NCBI RefSeq assembly: GCF_963676685.1
Contig: NC_092352.1
Location: 32,364,001-32,428,000 of the forward strand
DNA from: Mytilus edulis
Lineage: Eukaryota
Direction of reading: 5' to 3'
DNA length: 64,000 bases
In this document: positions 14,473 to 27,252 of the stretch, piece after piece
How positions within the stretch are numbered: the stretch's first letter is position 1
How the letters are laid out: each line of letters starts with the position of its first letter
Made by a program: the position numbers and the translations under genes
The notes under the pieces: model-generated
The model's database searches: none
What the model was told of the DNA's origin: nothing
Seen by the model: only the letters and a program-made list of their open reading frames with translations

Positions 14473-16652
14473 TTCAATACTCGTGATGTCATCGTTTAAA
14501 CTTTCAAGAGATGACTTCAATTTCACCACTTCACCGTTGCTTTAATACCGTCCTACAACCCTCTATCAAGTTAATCATGTTAGAAAACGAATCTCTGGAA
14601 TATTGTTTCAACTGGGAAATATATATATATATATTACACATGCAGACGCTGGAGGAATGTTGCTACATAGAATTCGAAAGTCAACAATTAGAAGCTGAAA
14701 ATATCTTATGTCATAAAGTTAGATTGTCACACAAACCTCATTGTAAATTTAAAGATGTAAGATATAAGGCAAACATTACTGTATCTGTTGAATCATTTAT
14801 CATGTTCAATGGGTTAGATGCGTTTCGCGTTTTTCAAACAATCTTTCAAATATAAGTATGCGACTGGGAGGCACGAGGGAGGGCATCATCTATATTAAAA
14901 GCGGAACGTGAAGTTTAATGATTATGTTAGATTCTAGTCGTGAAGCTTCTGCATGATGAAATAAAAAAACTAGTCTGCAAGAAGAAAAGCAGGTTGGTTT
15001 CAGTTTTTTATACGACCGCAAAAATTGAAAAAATTTTGATCGTATATTGGTATCACGTTGGTGTCGTCGTCGTCCGAAGACACTTGGTTTTCGCACTTTA
15101 AATTTAGTATAAGTAAATATAAATCTATGAAATTTAAACAAGGTTTATGACCATGAAAGGAAGGTTGGGGTTGGTTTTGGGAGTTCCGATCCCAACGGTT
15201 TAGAAATTAGGGACCAAAAGGGTCCAAATAAGCATTTTCTTGGTTTTCGCACTATAACTTTAGTTTAAGTAAATAGAAATCCATGAAATTTTGACACAAG
15301 GTTTATGACCACAAAAGGAAGGTTGGGATTGATGGTTTATGACCACAAAAGGAAGGTTGGGATTGATTTTGGGAGTTGAGGTCCCAACAGTTTAGGAATA
15401 AGTAGTCCTATAACATATGACTTCGCATTCTTATTCAATTTTTAACGTTTTTATACTGATATTTTCATTTTTTATTTTTTTTAAATGCGAATGCCAATGG
15501 CACATAGATAGTAAAAAAAAATATAAGAACAATAAATAGAAATAGTAAATAATGCCTCCGAGGTCATATGTTATAGGACTAAGGAATAAGGGGTCAAAAA
15601 GGGGCCCAAATAAGCATTTTTCTTGGTTTTCGCACCATAACTTTAGTATAAGTAAATAGAAATCTAGGAAATTTAAACACAAGGTTTATGACCATAAAAG
15701 GAAGGTAGGGATTGCTTTTTGGAGTTTAGGTCCCAACAGTTTAGGAAAAAAGGCCACAAAGGGTCCAAAATTAAACTTTGTTTGATTTCATCAAAAATTG
15801 AATAATTGGGATTCTTTGATATGCCGAATCTAACTGTGTATGTAGATTCTTAATTTTTGGTCCCGTTTTCAAATTGTTCTACATTAAGGTCCAAAGGGTC
15901 CAAAATTAAACTGAAAATCCTTGGGGTTCTTTGATATGCTGAATCTAAACATATACTTAGATTTTTGATTATTGGCCCAGTTTTCAAGTTGGTCCAAATC
16001 GGGGTCCAAAATTAAACTTTGTTTGATATCAACAAAAATTGAATCCTTGGGGTTCTTTGATATGCTGTATCTAAACATGTATTTATATTTTTGATTTTAG
16101 GCCCAGTTTTCAAGTTGTTCCAAATTGGGGTCCAAAATTATTCTTTGTTTGATTTCAACAAAAAATGTATGTATGGGGTTCTTTGATATATGCTTAATCT
16201 AACCATGTATTTAGATTTTTGATGTTTGGGCCCGGTTATCAAATTGGTCCACATTGAGGTCTAAAGGGTCCAAAATTGAACTTTTTTTATTTGATTTCAT
16301 CAAAAATTGAATTCTTGGGGTTCTTTGATATGCTGAATCTAACCATGTATTTATATTTTGGATATTGGACCATAATAGGTAATGTCCAATTTAAAATTTA
16401 AAGTTTTTAAGTTTAAGTTCTTAGACCACATTTTTAATTTGTCAGAAACCTGTGTTGTGTCAACTATTTAATCACAATCCAAATTCAAAGCTGTATCAAG
16501 CTTGAATGTTGTGTCCATACTTGCCCCAATGTTCAGGGTTCGAACTCTGCGGTCGTATAAAGCTGCGCCCTGCAGTGTATCTGGTTTGGTTGTAAAATAT
16601 GTCCTCCAAACGTAACAAATATGTTGTCAACCAAGAAATCAAGCATATATTA
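14473..16652 (-). mobile_element. Older Penelope-like RT fragment (about 14473-14990 and 16590-16652), split by the HINE-like insertion
   Basis: actcgtgatg...aaccctctatcaag...ggaatgttgctac matches 22430-22620; aacgtaacaaatatgt.gtcaa.caagaaatcaagcat at 16609 matches 22991. Confidence 0.7.
15005..16586 (+). mobile_element. HINE/Helentron-associated non-autonomous element with internal tandem repeats
   Basis: T-rich ends, subterminal inverted repeat tatacgaccgca/tgcggtcgtata, (cgt)n microsatellite, arrays of ~115-130-bp units. Confidence 0.75.
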
Positions 16653-16918
16653 ATAATGCCAGTGAATAGTGTAAACAGGTAAAGCTTTGTAAACGAATTG
16701 ATCTACTGTTGATTAATTTATCGACCTAACTTTTCGTTTATTATACGATTATGGTAGTAAAACCAAAATTGCCAGTTCTACAATGCAATTAGAATTTCGT
16801 GCAAGCAATATACGTCAGTACTTTGATTATATCCATTTGAATCTCCAGTTTATTTTAAGCGATCATATGAATAGTCTCGTGATAACGGAAGTAAATTAGA
16901 AGTATTGGTTTTAACAAT

Positions 16919-18919
16919 ATGGCGCTATCCAGACAAGATCAGACAGAATTAATCAGTTGTCAAATCTGTTATGAAACCTTCAAAACACCGAAAATATTAC
17001 CATGCTTACATACCTTCTGTGAACAATGTATACACGAGTTCATAATATCAACTGGACGCAAAAAAGAACCACATTCAAGAAAAGAGTTTAGTTGTCCTAC
17101 TTGCAAAACTCTTGTCAAGCCAACAGATGCAAAGTCGGATATTGATAAATGGGCTGCTAACCTGCCTCATAATGTAAGCATACAAGAAATGCTTGATATG
17201 TCTAACGGAGAAAACAAAAAGTGCAGTGCTTGCAAACGACATGATGAAATATCAGAGGCAAAGTTCTGGTGCGAAATATGCGAAGAAGCTTTCTGTGAAA
17301 AATGTAATGACATGCATAGTCGTATGAAACTTTCTGCTTCGCATAATGTAATTCCTGTTGAAGAAGTTGCTTCCTTTACCTACGGAATGGTTGTTAATGC
17401 GATATCTGAACATTGCTCTGTTCATCCGTCAAATTTAGTAGACGTGTTTTGTTGTGATCATAAAATTATTTGTTGTGGTTCCTGTGTATCTACGAAGCAC
17501 AGAAGATGTAAAAGAGTAATGACTATTGCAAGCCTTATGACAAGTGGCAAATATATGTCTCTCCCATTGAAGATAACCGAAATTAAGCAAGCGATAGAAA
17601 GTCTTATAAAGGAAAAAGATCAAGAAAAAGCTGATATCAAACTCGCAACAGAAGACACAGAAGAAGAAGCGAAAGAATTTCTCGAACAACTTAAATGTAA
17701 GCTTGATAACTTGTTTGATACATTTGCGAAACAACTACACATGTTCCGCGATGAAAAATATACGAGTTTTAATGTACGAATGCGGCTATTAGAACAGTTT
17801 GTTAAGAATCTAGATCATTGGATCCGTTCGATTGAAGTTGTTGAAAAATTTGGAACCAAGACACAGTTGTTCATTCTTGTGGAGAATATAAAGCATCATA
17901 TTGCATCGAATGTAAGCGAAATCTCTCGAGTTAACCAGAGCGACACATTGGTAGATTTAAGCTTTCAAAAAAAAGGCATCTTCAGCCAGCTTGAGACTTG
18001 TGAGACCATGGTAGACATTGGAACGTTTAAAACATTCGAGAGTCCTATATTTGGTCAGATGATTGGTATTTACAAGTGCTGTGCAGGCTTAGGCTTAAAT
18101 TGTTATCCCAAATTTAAAAATGCGTACGTAACGTTTGTTAAAAGTATTTGTATCACAGGTTCAAAGTTTTCCTGTGGTGTATGTATAGATGAAAAATATA
18201 TGGTAGTTGGAGATGCTGGACCACAAAAAAAACTGTACATCATTGAAAAACATTCAGGTTATATCGTCAGCACCACAGATATCCATGGAGATGTCAAACG
18301 TTTATGCTATGATAAAAAGTCGAAGCAGCTATTTATATCATGTTATAGTGAAGAATTATACAAAGCAGACGTTAAAGCTGAAGAAATAATTAAAGTAACA
18401 AAAATGCCTTTCAATGAAGATCACGTTGGTGCATTGTTTAGTTCAAACAACGACGTGTATGTCGTTGTCAACAGAGCAATTAAGAAATTCAGTTTAATTG
18501 CCGATTCAGACGATATGACTACATGTTTTTACACTAACACAGAATGTGGTCTAAACGGAATGAACGTGATAGGGAAATATATTGTCTTCACAACAGCAGA
18601 CAACGAGATCAAGTGTTCAACATTACAGGGAAAGAGAAAATTTTGCTATAAAAACGATGAACTGGAAAGTCCTAAATGTATTGCTGTATTGTCTTCCGGA
18701 TTGACTTTAGTTGTTGACAGAGCAAATGGCGGGTCATTACATCTGCTTTCAGAAGATGGATTAAAACACCGAAGATTACTGGAAAAGTTTGATAATGTTA
18801 ACAATCCAGCTGATATTTGGTTAGATGGCAACGAAGAACTCGTATACGTTGCAGGTGGAAAGTACATTGATACCTACAGAATAGTCGCCGATCAACAAAA
18901 TGATAGTACGGTAGCCTAG
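16919..18919 (+). CDS. Intronless TRIM-family E3 ligase (RING, two B-boxes, coiled coil, C-terminal NHL-like beta-propeller), 666 aa
   Basis: CQICYETFKTPKILPCLHTFCEQC...CPTC RING; CSAC...WCEICEEAFCEKCNDMH...H B-box1; CSVH...FCCDHKIICCGSC...H B-box2; helical middle; beta-rich C-terminus with SPKCIAV and NPADIWLD blades. Confidence 0.9.
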   Translation: MALSRQDQTELISCQICYETFKTPKILPCLHTFCEQCIHEFIISTGRKKEPHSRKEFSCPTCKTLVKPTDAKSDIDKWAANLPHNVSIQEMLDMSNGENKKCSACKRHDEISEAKFWCEICEEAFCEKCNDMHSRMKLSASHNVIPVEEVASFTYGMVVNAISEHCSVHPSNLVDVFCCDHKIICCGSCVSTKHRRCKRVMTIASLMTSGKYMSLPLKITEIKQAIESLIKEKDQEKADIKLATEDTEEEAKEFLEQLKCKLDNLFDTFAKQLHMFRDEKYTSFNVRMRLLEQFVKNLDHWIRSIEVVEKFGTKTQLFILVENIKHHIASNVSEISRVNQSDTLVDLSFQKKGIFSQLETCETMVDIGTFKTFESPIFGQMIGIYKCCAGLGLNCYPKFKNAYVTFVKSICITGSKFSCGVCIDEKYMVVGDAGPQKKLYIIEKHSGYIVSTTDIHGDVKRLCYDKKSKQLFISCYSEELYKADVKAEEIIKVTKMPFNEDHVGALFSSNNDVYVVVNRAIKKFSLIADSDDMTTCFYTNTECGLNGMNVIGKYIVFTTADNEIKCSTLQGKRKFCYKNDELESPKCIAVLSSGLTLVVDRANGGSLHLLSEDGLKHRRLLEKFDNVNNPADIWLDGNEELVYVAGGKYIDTYRIVADQQNDSTVA

Positions 18920-19171
18920 CTTTTAACTCAGACATGTATAAATGAACCTTAGTTGATGAATAAAAAAACAATCTATGGTGGGGATACCAAACATTTCTTT
19001 TTTTAAACGTTCTAATTTTATTCATATCTTTTTTGTACACTTTTGCTACCTTTCTTAAACAAACTGTAGGATAACTAAGTTATTACAAAAACGACATCTT
19101 CAGAAAAGACATGAATGACGTGTGTCTTTTCTTATCATCTGAGGGAATGGCCATTTCAAATATAAAAGGAT

Positions 19172-20430
19172 AAGAGAGAGTAGAAAGATACCAAAGGGAC
19201 ATTCAAACTCATAAGTCGAAAATACACTGACAACGCCATGGCTTAAAAAAAACTGGACACACAGACAAACAAAATTACACAAAACACAACATAGAAACTT
19301 AATACTGAGCAACAAGGGTAGGTAGATCCTGCTCCACATGTGGCACGCCGACCGTTGTGTTGCTCATGTTAGTACGACTCAGTAATAAGTTTAATTCGGT
19401 AGGTCACATTCGAGGAAAATAATTGGGTTGTAGTTACGACTATTGGAACATATTCGCTATCATCTGAGGGATGGGATAGATGCATTCAACGTAGTCACTT
19501 TTTTTTTAACTATACAGCGAGAGAGCATCATCTTCATAACGTAATGTGAAGTTAAAGGATACTGCTAACTTCTTTTCTTTCCTCCTATGAAATTTCTTTA
19601 TGAAGACTCTATGAAGTATCAAAGATTTTGTCAATCAAGAAATCAAGCATCTCGAAAATGTCAGTTTCAGAGATTTGAATTCAATTTTGGTTTGCTTGTA
19701 TCTGCGTTTGCAAGTCATTTTTATGAAACAAAGCAAGACCAACTTTTTCAATTTGTCTTTTAATTTGGAATGGGAAATACTTGTGAAAAGTGTAGAAGAG
19801 TCTGATGTTTTAATGCTATTGCAAGATAAGAGAGTTTTAGATTGTATGTAATCTAATACTAGTAGATCTTTAGATTTTTTTAGTATCCACATCTGATCCA
19901 CGCCACCTCTAGAATAGGTAGGTATCTTTAATGCCTATCTTTGATTGCTGATAAAATTGATGTTAATAATTTAGAAAGAGGTTTCGCGGAGCACTTGGAA
20001 GACCAAGCAATATAACGTTGTTTGTAAGGACACTTATATAGTTTATGTATTCAACACAAAGATGGAAGATCAAGTTCTTCATCTTTGGTTGAAATCCAAA
20101 AGGAACAGACCTATGATAATCCCGGATTTCCTCTTTGTGTCGTGGGGTATATGTTGAGTTTCCAAGTGAGTTGTCCAAACATAATTCATGCAATTTGTAA
20201 TGTGATTTACACACATCAACGATCTTGTCTGTGGTCTGTCACTGGATTTATCTGTGGGGACGGCAACATATTTGTCAAGGTGGTAGGACAAGTGTTTTGT
20301 ATCATTTTGGTCTTTAAAGATTGATGACGTCATTGATGAATCATGGGTATGTGACTGTCTGGGCATTCATTTTCTTGATTCTTATATTTATCAACGACGT
20401 CAGTGCATTCGGAAAGAGTAATACGTCCTC
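19172..20430 (-). mobile_element. Second, internally deleted copy of the same Penelope-like element
   Basis: Colinear with 22078-23830; translates to CNSIKTSDSSTLFTSISHSKLKDKLK. Confidence 0.85.
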
Positions 20431-20431
20431 T

Positions 20432-21553
20432 CAGGTGGAAACCCGGTTGAAATAGAACAAAAGAATCGAAACTCTTTGTTAGAGAAGGCGATAAATGCTT
20501 ACTGTAATGTTTACTATAGTAACAGAAAATTTTAAAGTTAATAGAAAAAAAAAATGACAATTTTCTTCTCAATTACGAAGTGTTCTATTTTAAAAACACC
20601 AATTGCCTAAGGTTTCAATTTATCTACTAGTATTACATAGTTAAGCAGGACAATTAGATATCAAGTCGACGACATTGGTGATCATTGGTATCTATCAAGT
20701 TGGATGTAGAAAATGCATAACCTCCGATTTTTTTTCAAACATTACCATGGGCAGAGAACATATCAATCTATTAGTTAAGTAATTTTCGTGTCTGCCCTTC
20801 TATTATGTAACTCAAGAAAAAATTCTAAAAAATGGGTAACATTTGTATCGAAAAGAGAAAATCGAGTGCACCTTTTTATGTTAGGGCGTGTTTGAGTTGA
20901 ATATTTTGTCTGGAAAACGTACAAAGCAAGAATATTTGATACATCATCTCGCTTCAGATTCTATCATTTTTATATATCAAAGCTATAGGTTGCCTTTATA
21001 ACATAAAAAAATCACAGTACCAAAAGATGAAATATATGGGTCAAGTGAAATACCTATCCGATGAATCATAAAAACAGAGTAGGTGTGTTCGAATAGCTAT
21101 TTTTTTACTTAAAGTACTTGACAGTCTTTCAAGTTGGATGGTGAAAATGCATATCTTCGAAAAAAAAATATACTTTGTGTGTGATAACTAAGGTTTATAG
21201 TCTTCAACCACTAAAAAAATCTTGTCTGCCCTTCCACGAAATATTTAACAAGAATTTTTTTAAATGTTTATGAATTTTCAAAAATTCCACCTGACAACCG
21301 ATTAGACAATAGTTTTAAGCTGAATCAATGCAGACAAGAACATTAACTGATGCTCATTAGCTAGTAGATACACATTTGTCTTTCAAAATACAACTTACAT
21401 ATAAGGATCGTAATGGTGCTATGTGAATTACTTTGTCGGGTTTCAAGAGCTAAATTGGCAGCGCGTCATCCCTACAATGACTGCCATTTTTACGATTGTG
21501 AAAATTAAGTGGCGTAATGGGGAGATAATTTTGACGAAGTAGAATCCTGACTG
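20432..21553. repeat. ~1.1-kb direct repeat, copy 2
   Basis: Same two boundaries as 13370-14466, with scattered substitutions and indels. Confidence 0.92.
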
Positions 21554-21659
21554 TTTAAATAAAAGCTGATTTTTTTTTAATCCATACTCTAACAAAAATC
21601 ACATGGACTCTGGATTTGGAAAGTTGTCATGATTTCAGCAAAAGTCGGGTAATCTATAG

Positions 21660-24090
21660 GGTACTAATGCAGCCAGTTAAACGTTCTGAAAAGAATATTG
21701 GATGATCTTGGATCACACTTGAACAAACTGGTAAAAATGACAATTTACCATTCTTTCGTCATGTCAAACCTAAGTTACTGTTCACTCACATGGTATTTTT
21801 GTAGCGAGCGCAACACCCCCAAAAAAATGAAAAACTGCAAGAACGAGCGCTCAGATTCATCTACAATGACTACAATAACTCATAGGAACAATTACTTGAA
21901 AAATCTAAACTACCAACACATAAAATCAGATGCATGAGAACCATGGCATTATAAACCTACAAAATTTTGACAAAATCCAGTCTAGAGTTCTTACACAATA
22001 TATTTAAATTTTAAAGACAACTCATATTATTTCAGATATAAACTCACAGTTGATTTACCACAACCTGGAGCTACAAGAGAGGGACGAAAGATGCCAGAGG
22101 AACAGTCAAACTCATAAATCGAAAATAAACTGACGCCATGACTAAAAATGAAAAAGACAAACAGACAAACAGACAAACAATAGTACACATGACACAACAT
22201 AGAAAACTAAAGAATAAGCAACACAAACCTCACCAAAAACTGGGGGTGAGCTCAGGTGCTCCGGAAGGGTAAGCAGATCCTGCTCCACATGTGGCACCCG
22301 TTGTGTTGCTCATGTTATAACAAATCCGGTAACTATTCTATTTCGATAGGTCATATTCATGAAAGGAAAGGACGTAAGGAACATATCCGATATCATTTGT
22401 GAAACGGTTATTCCATAACGGTCAACCAACTCGTGATGGCGTCCGTAAAATTTAAAAGGGATGATTTCAACATCACCATTTGGAACTCTTGGTTTAATAG
22501 CTTCCTTGTGAGCAGCAACCCTCTATCAAGAAAATCATGATAGGAAATGCAAGCACGGAAATATCGTATCAATTGGGAGATATATACCCGTATGCAGGTG
22601 CTGATGGAATGTTGCTACTTAGAAATGGAAAGTTCAGAATTGGGAAGATGAAATCATCTCTTTTGTCGTAAAGTTCTGTTTTCAACCGACCCTCGTTGTC
22701 AATTTAGTCAAGATATGAGGCCGACTTAACTGTATCTGTTTTATCCTTTATGTCTAGTTCGATGGGATAGATGCGTTTAACAGTCACCAAATTTTGAATT
22801 ATTTAGTAAAAGAACATCATCTTTAAAGCAAAAAGTAGAGTTAAAGAATACGGCTAACTTCTGATCTTTCTTCCTAAGAAATTACTGTATGAAGTCAGCC
22901 TCAAAATAATAAAGAAACATGTCGGCAAGAAGAGGGACACAATTGGTTCCCATTGGAATGCCGACAGTCTGTTGAAAAACACGTTCTTCGAACGTAACAA
23001 ATATGTGGTCAATCAAGAAATCAAGCATCTTGATAATGTCAGTTTCAGTGAATATGTTGTTTGAATCAGAGTGATCCTTTATAAGGTAGGATTTATCCCT
23101 CCTTAAGACAAGATACTTGTATCTACGTTAGCCATTCCTATTTATGAAACAAAGCAATACCAACTCTTTCAATTTGTCTTTTAGTTTGGAATGTGGAATA
23201 CTTGTGTAAAGTGTAGAAAAGTCAAATGTTTTAATACTATTGCAAGATGAAAGAAAGTTAGATTGTATGTACTCTAAAAGATCTTTGGGATTTTTAAGTA
23301 TACACATCTGATTCACGCCACCTCTAGAATAAGCAGTTTCACAATAACTTTGAAGCCCGTCTTTGATTGCTGATAAAAGTGACGTTAATAATTGAGAAAG
23401 AAGTTTCGTGGAGCACTTGGAAGACCCATCAATATACCGTTGTTTGTAAGGACACTTATGTAGTTTAGGTATCCATGCATTACAGTGATGCGGGAAGATC
23501 CAGTTCTCCATCTTTGGTTGAAATTCCAAAGAAACATATAAAAGACCTATGATTATCCAGGATTTCCTCTTTGGTAAGTGTCGTGAGGGTATATGTTGAG
23601 TTTCCAAGTGAATTGTCAATACCTAATTCGTTTATCAAGCAGTTAATGTAATGAGTTTTACACACAAAAACGATGTTGTTTGGGGCTTTATCTGCGGGGA
23701 CAACAACATATTTGTCATGGAGGTAGGATAAGTGTTTTGGGCATTGAAAGACCCATTCAGATTCTTAATTCTGATTTGTATCAACGACCTCACTGCCTTA
23801 ATCCATTCGGAAAGAGTGTCTACGTCTTCCTTCTCGCGCTTAGCCAATTGCCTGGCATAATCCTCGACTGAATCCATCAACATTTTGAAGTTGTATTTCC
23901 AATTGATAGATTTAGGCTCACGATATTTCGGTATGGCAAAAGGAGTTTTAGCTTTAAGGCATCAAAGTTGTGGAACTGCCTGTCTAACCATGCAAGAAGC
24001 CTCTCAACTTTGAAACAGTTCAAACATTTTATTTCAACATGGTGTTCTTCAGAAAACTGCTTATGTAGCTCGTGTAGACAATAACTTTTT
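21660..24090 (+). mobile_element. CR1/L2-like LINE ORF2 3' relic (21660-22077 and 23931-24090), interrupted by the Penelope-like element
   Basis: QLNVLKRI...IYHSFVMSNLSYCSLTWYFC...KLQERALRFIYNDY; resumes as YGKRSFSFKASKLWNCL. Confidence 0.75.
22078..23930 (-). mobile_element. Penelope-like retroelement, 5'-truncated, frameshifted RT pseudogene plus 3' terminal sequence
   Basis: Minus-strand motifs IKTFDFSTLYTSIPH, FQQTVGIPMGTNC.PLLAD, DDVL, SASYLD, LYDKRDDF.FPI.NFPFLSSNIP..PAYGVYISQLIRY; no GIY-YIG domain seen downstream. Confidence 0.88.
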
Positions 24091-24910
24091 TTGCTGTCTC
24101 ACAGCTGGAATCTTCTGGCTTTGTGTTCTGTTTATTGTTTATTGTTTGCTTTTGTTTTATTTATTTGCTTAGCTTTTGTTTTTGTGCCAGTTAAAGCAAA
24201 ATGTGTGTTTTTCTTTTCTTTTACCTTGCTTGCTTTGATTTATGCATGTTTGCTTACCTATTATGTTATGCATGTGTTTTTATTTGTATGTGTAGTTTGT
24301 CAAATGTGCTTATAATTTGTTATTTGTTTTAAATATCAAGTCGTTTAAGAGCTCTACAGAGCTCATGTTTATCTGTTGAATTGTACATATATCATGCCCG
24401 ACTCTAAACAAAATTTACTTATTTACTTTTAACGTCAAGCCTCAAACGGTAATTTTTGGAAAAAAATAACGTGATTCGTCAGTCGATTTTCAGCGCTAAA
24501 AGTTTTGAATCAGTGGCAGGTTCAGGTGGGGGCATAAGATACAGGGAACATGGAAATCTGCATAAAATGTAAAAAAAAAGCCATAGTACGTATAGCAAGA
24601 TTAAATTTTTGCAAACGGCGGGTTTTTTTTTTAGAATAGACATTTTAGAGTAGCAATGAAAATCGTCTGCTTCATATATACGTGGGTGATTTAACCACAA
24701 GTTTTCCAAAGAATAGATTGTTTTGTCAGTTTAATTTTTTTTTAACAATGACAACATTTCAAACACAATTCCATTTTAATAGTCCTGTCATGATTTAAAA
24801 AAAGAAGCCAGTAACACCATTACAAACTCAATCCTAATTTAATATCTTTGTACGGTCTATAAAAAAAACTATCATATTTTGAGAATTTTTTCCGACCGGT
24901 GATAATACAC

Positions 24911-25286
24911 TTTATCACATATTTGTTACAAATACGTCTGGTTTTGCATATGCAATAACCTCAAAATTGCCCGGGGCAAAAAAGACCATATTGATATTGT
25001 GCCCTGATTCTAAATGACGTGACGTCAGTGTGTCCTTAACGACACGTTTGTGATAAAATGTTTAAGATTTTACCTTTTATCTTTCATTAAATTGTTATAA
25101 TTGACCTTTGTTTCTCTTTTCTGCAGAAATTAAATATGTGATAAAAAGATTATAACATGTCTTTTCCATATTGTCCCTGGTATCATCCCTCGACCTATAT
25201 CGGCCCTCGGCTAAAGCCTCGAGGCCGATATGGGAGTCTCGGGATGATACCAGGGCCAATATGGAAAAGGGCATGTTATAATCTAT
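24911..25286. repeat. ~370-bp element ending in a long hairpin, copy 1
   Basis: Nearly identical to 27253-27617; inverted repeat 25147-25284. Confidence 0.85.
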
Positions 25287-25744
25287 ACGTACACGCCGAG
25301 GCGTATTTATGGGTAGATGCCCTACCCCTTTTTGTGAGAAAAAAGGGTTGATTACTTAGGGAACCACTGAAGCATGACAAAGCGGGTCCCCTTTTATGGC
25401 AGCAGGTGCCACCTATTTAAATTTCTAAATCCGCCACTGATAATTTAAAAGTCACAATAAATCCGTCACTTTTTGTGATGATGAACTATACATGTGACGG
25501 ACAGTTTATATTTTGTTCGTGGTGTCCTGGTGTGCTGTCGTTAATTCATGGGAGGTGTATCGTGTTATTTAGCGGTTTACACTTTTTTAACATACTATAA
25601 AATTATTTATTTATGCATTTCTTTCTTCTGAGAGTTTTTGTGTTTGTTTGTACTGTATTCCTGACACGTAGTGTTGTCATTTTTGCGGTAAGAAATAAGC
25701 GGGAGGTTCGGCTAATTTCTATTATTCCGTTGTTATTCTCTTAT

Positions 25745-26026
25745 AAAAGAGGGACGAAAGATACCAGAGGGAAGGTCAAATTCATAGATTGAAAATTAAC
25801 TGACAATGCCATAGCTAAAAAAAAAAGACAAACATACTAATAAGAGTACAGAAGACACAACATAGAAAACTAAAGACTAAGCAACATGAACCCCACAAAA
25901 AACTGGGGGTGATCTCAGGTGCTCCGGAATGCTGCCCGTAAGCAGATCCTGCTCCACATGTGGCAACCGTCGTGTTGCTTATGATATTACAAATTCGGTA
26001 AATAGTCTATTTCGGTAGGTCACATT
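25745..26026 (-). mobile_element. Isolated 3' terminus of the Penelope-like family, inserted in another dispersed repeat
   Basis: agagggacgaaagataccagaggg...gcagatcctgctccacatgtggc matches 22078-22350. Confidence 0.8.
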
Positions 26027-26461
26027 ATAATTGATTTGATTGCCTCGATTTCAAAAATTATTTTACCCGGATTTGTTTTTGCTTAATCTAATTATGACCA
26101 TTGAACAGCGGTATACCGTATACTGCTGCTTACTTTACTCACAGGCACTTACTTGTCTCAGAAATTATTCTTCTTAATTTTCCTTAATATAACACTGTTA
26201 TATTAAGATATATATAGCAGAACATTCTGAGACAGGTGCCTGTGCATTCAGACGACGACGACGGACGGGGCCCGAAGCACTGTGGGCTAAAAAAAACCAA
26301 TGTCTTCTACAGGATTATATTTTGAAAGATAAGAGTACAAATGCAATGTATGATACAACACATTTTATTTTTGCACTAAAAATTATTGATAGATATTGGG
26401 TTTTTTTTTACAAATATCATGATTCGTTTTTTTTTTTAATATATTCTCTACATCATTTTAA

Positions 26462-27132
26462 AGGGGTACTAGCTACGAGATATATAAAAAATCTAAAGTT
26501 GGATTTTTTTTTTGGTTCAATCAATAGTGAAATAACAATTCGCTTTTTGAAGCCAAAAAGGGTCAATTTTGTCAAACTACGCTAAGAAACATTGATAATT
26601 AGTAATTCACTTGCAAGTGAATGAGTCGACCTCTTTAAATCCGTATTCATGTGAACTTCAATTTAACTCCTAGCTAGAGATTGACAACGCATGCATTGTA
26701 CGTGTACTGGTTATTTGAAGAAAAAGAATATCAACAATGAAAGTGAAACTACGGTAAATCATTGATTACTAATTCGATGCACATACAATCATTCTTATAC
26801 GGTTAAAAGCAACGAGAAACATCTATTTTTAATCTATAAAATAAAATCAAACAGACCTAAAATAATCCAATTGCACGTGTTGGTTTAATCTGTTCATATC
26901 TTTATTTATGTTTACATCGCTTATATGGTCATCTGAGGTCAAATTGATAGTTAATTAGATGGCGTATGGACTAAAATACACACGAAACGAACCTATATAT
27001 TATCTACCCCATGCTCTGTAAACTGTTTATTTTAGACTTTTGATAGTTTGGATAAATCTTTTACATTGTTATAAATCAAATATGAGAATTTGAGTCAAAT
27101 CGGTGACCATGAATTTGACAGCTAGTGCCCCT
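26462..27132. mobile_element. Non-autonomous DNA transposon with TTAA target duplication (Kolobok-like)
   Basis: ttaa|aggggtactagct ... agctagtgcccct|ttaa. Confidence 0.8.
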
Positions 27133-27252
27133 TTAAATACCAAGGTTTATATAGTATGAAGTCTAAAATAACAAAAACTTGCACTTAGCGATATCACTTT
27201 TATATAAAAGATTTAAGATTTAAATATGCTACATATGTCTATATATATATAT

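Noticed and set aside
13370-21553. LTR retrotransposon carrying a TRIM gene
   Set aside because: The repeats lack TG...CA ends, PBS/PPT and a TSD, and there is no gag, pol or integrase between them.
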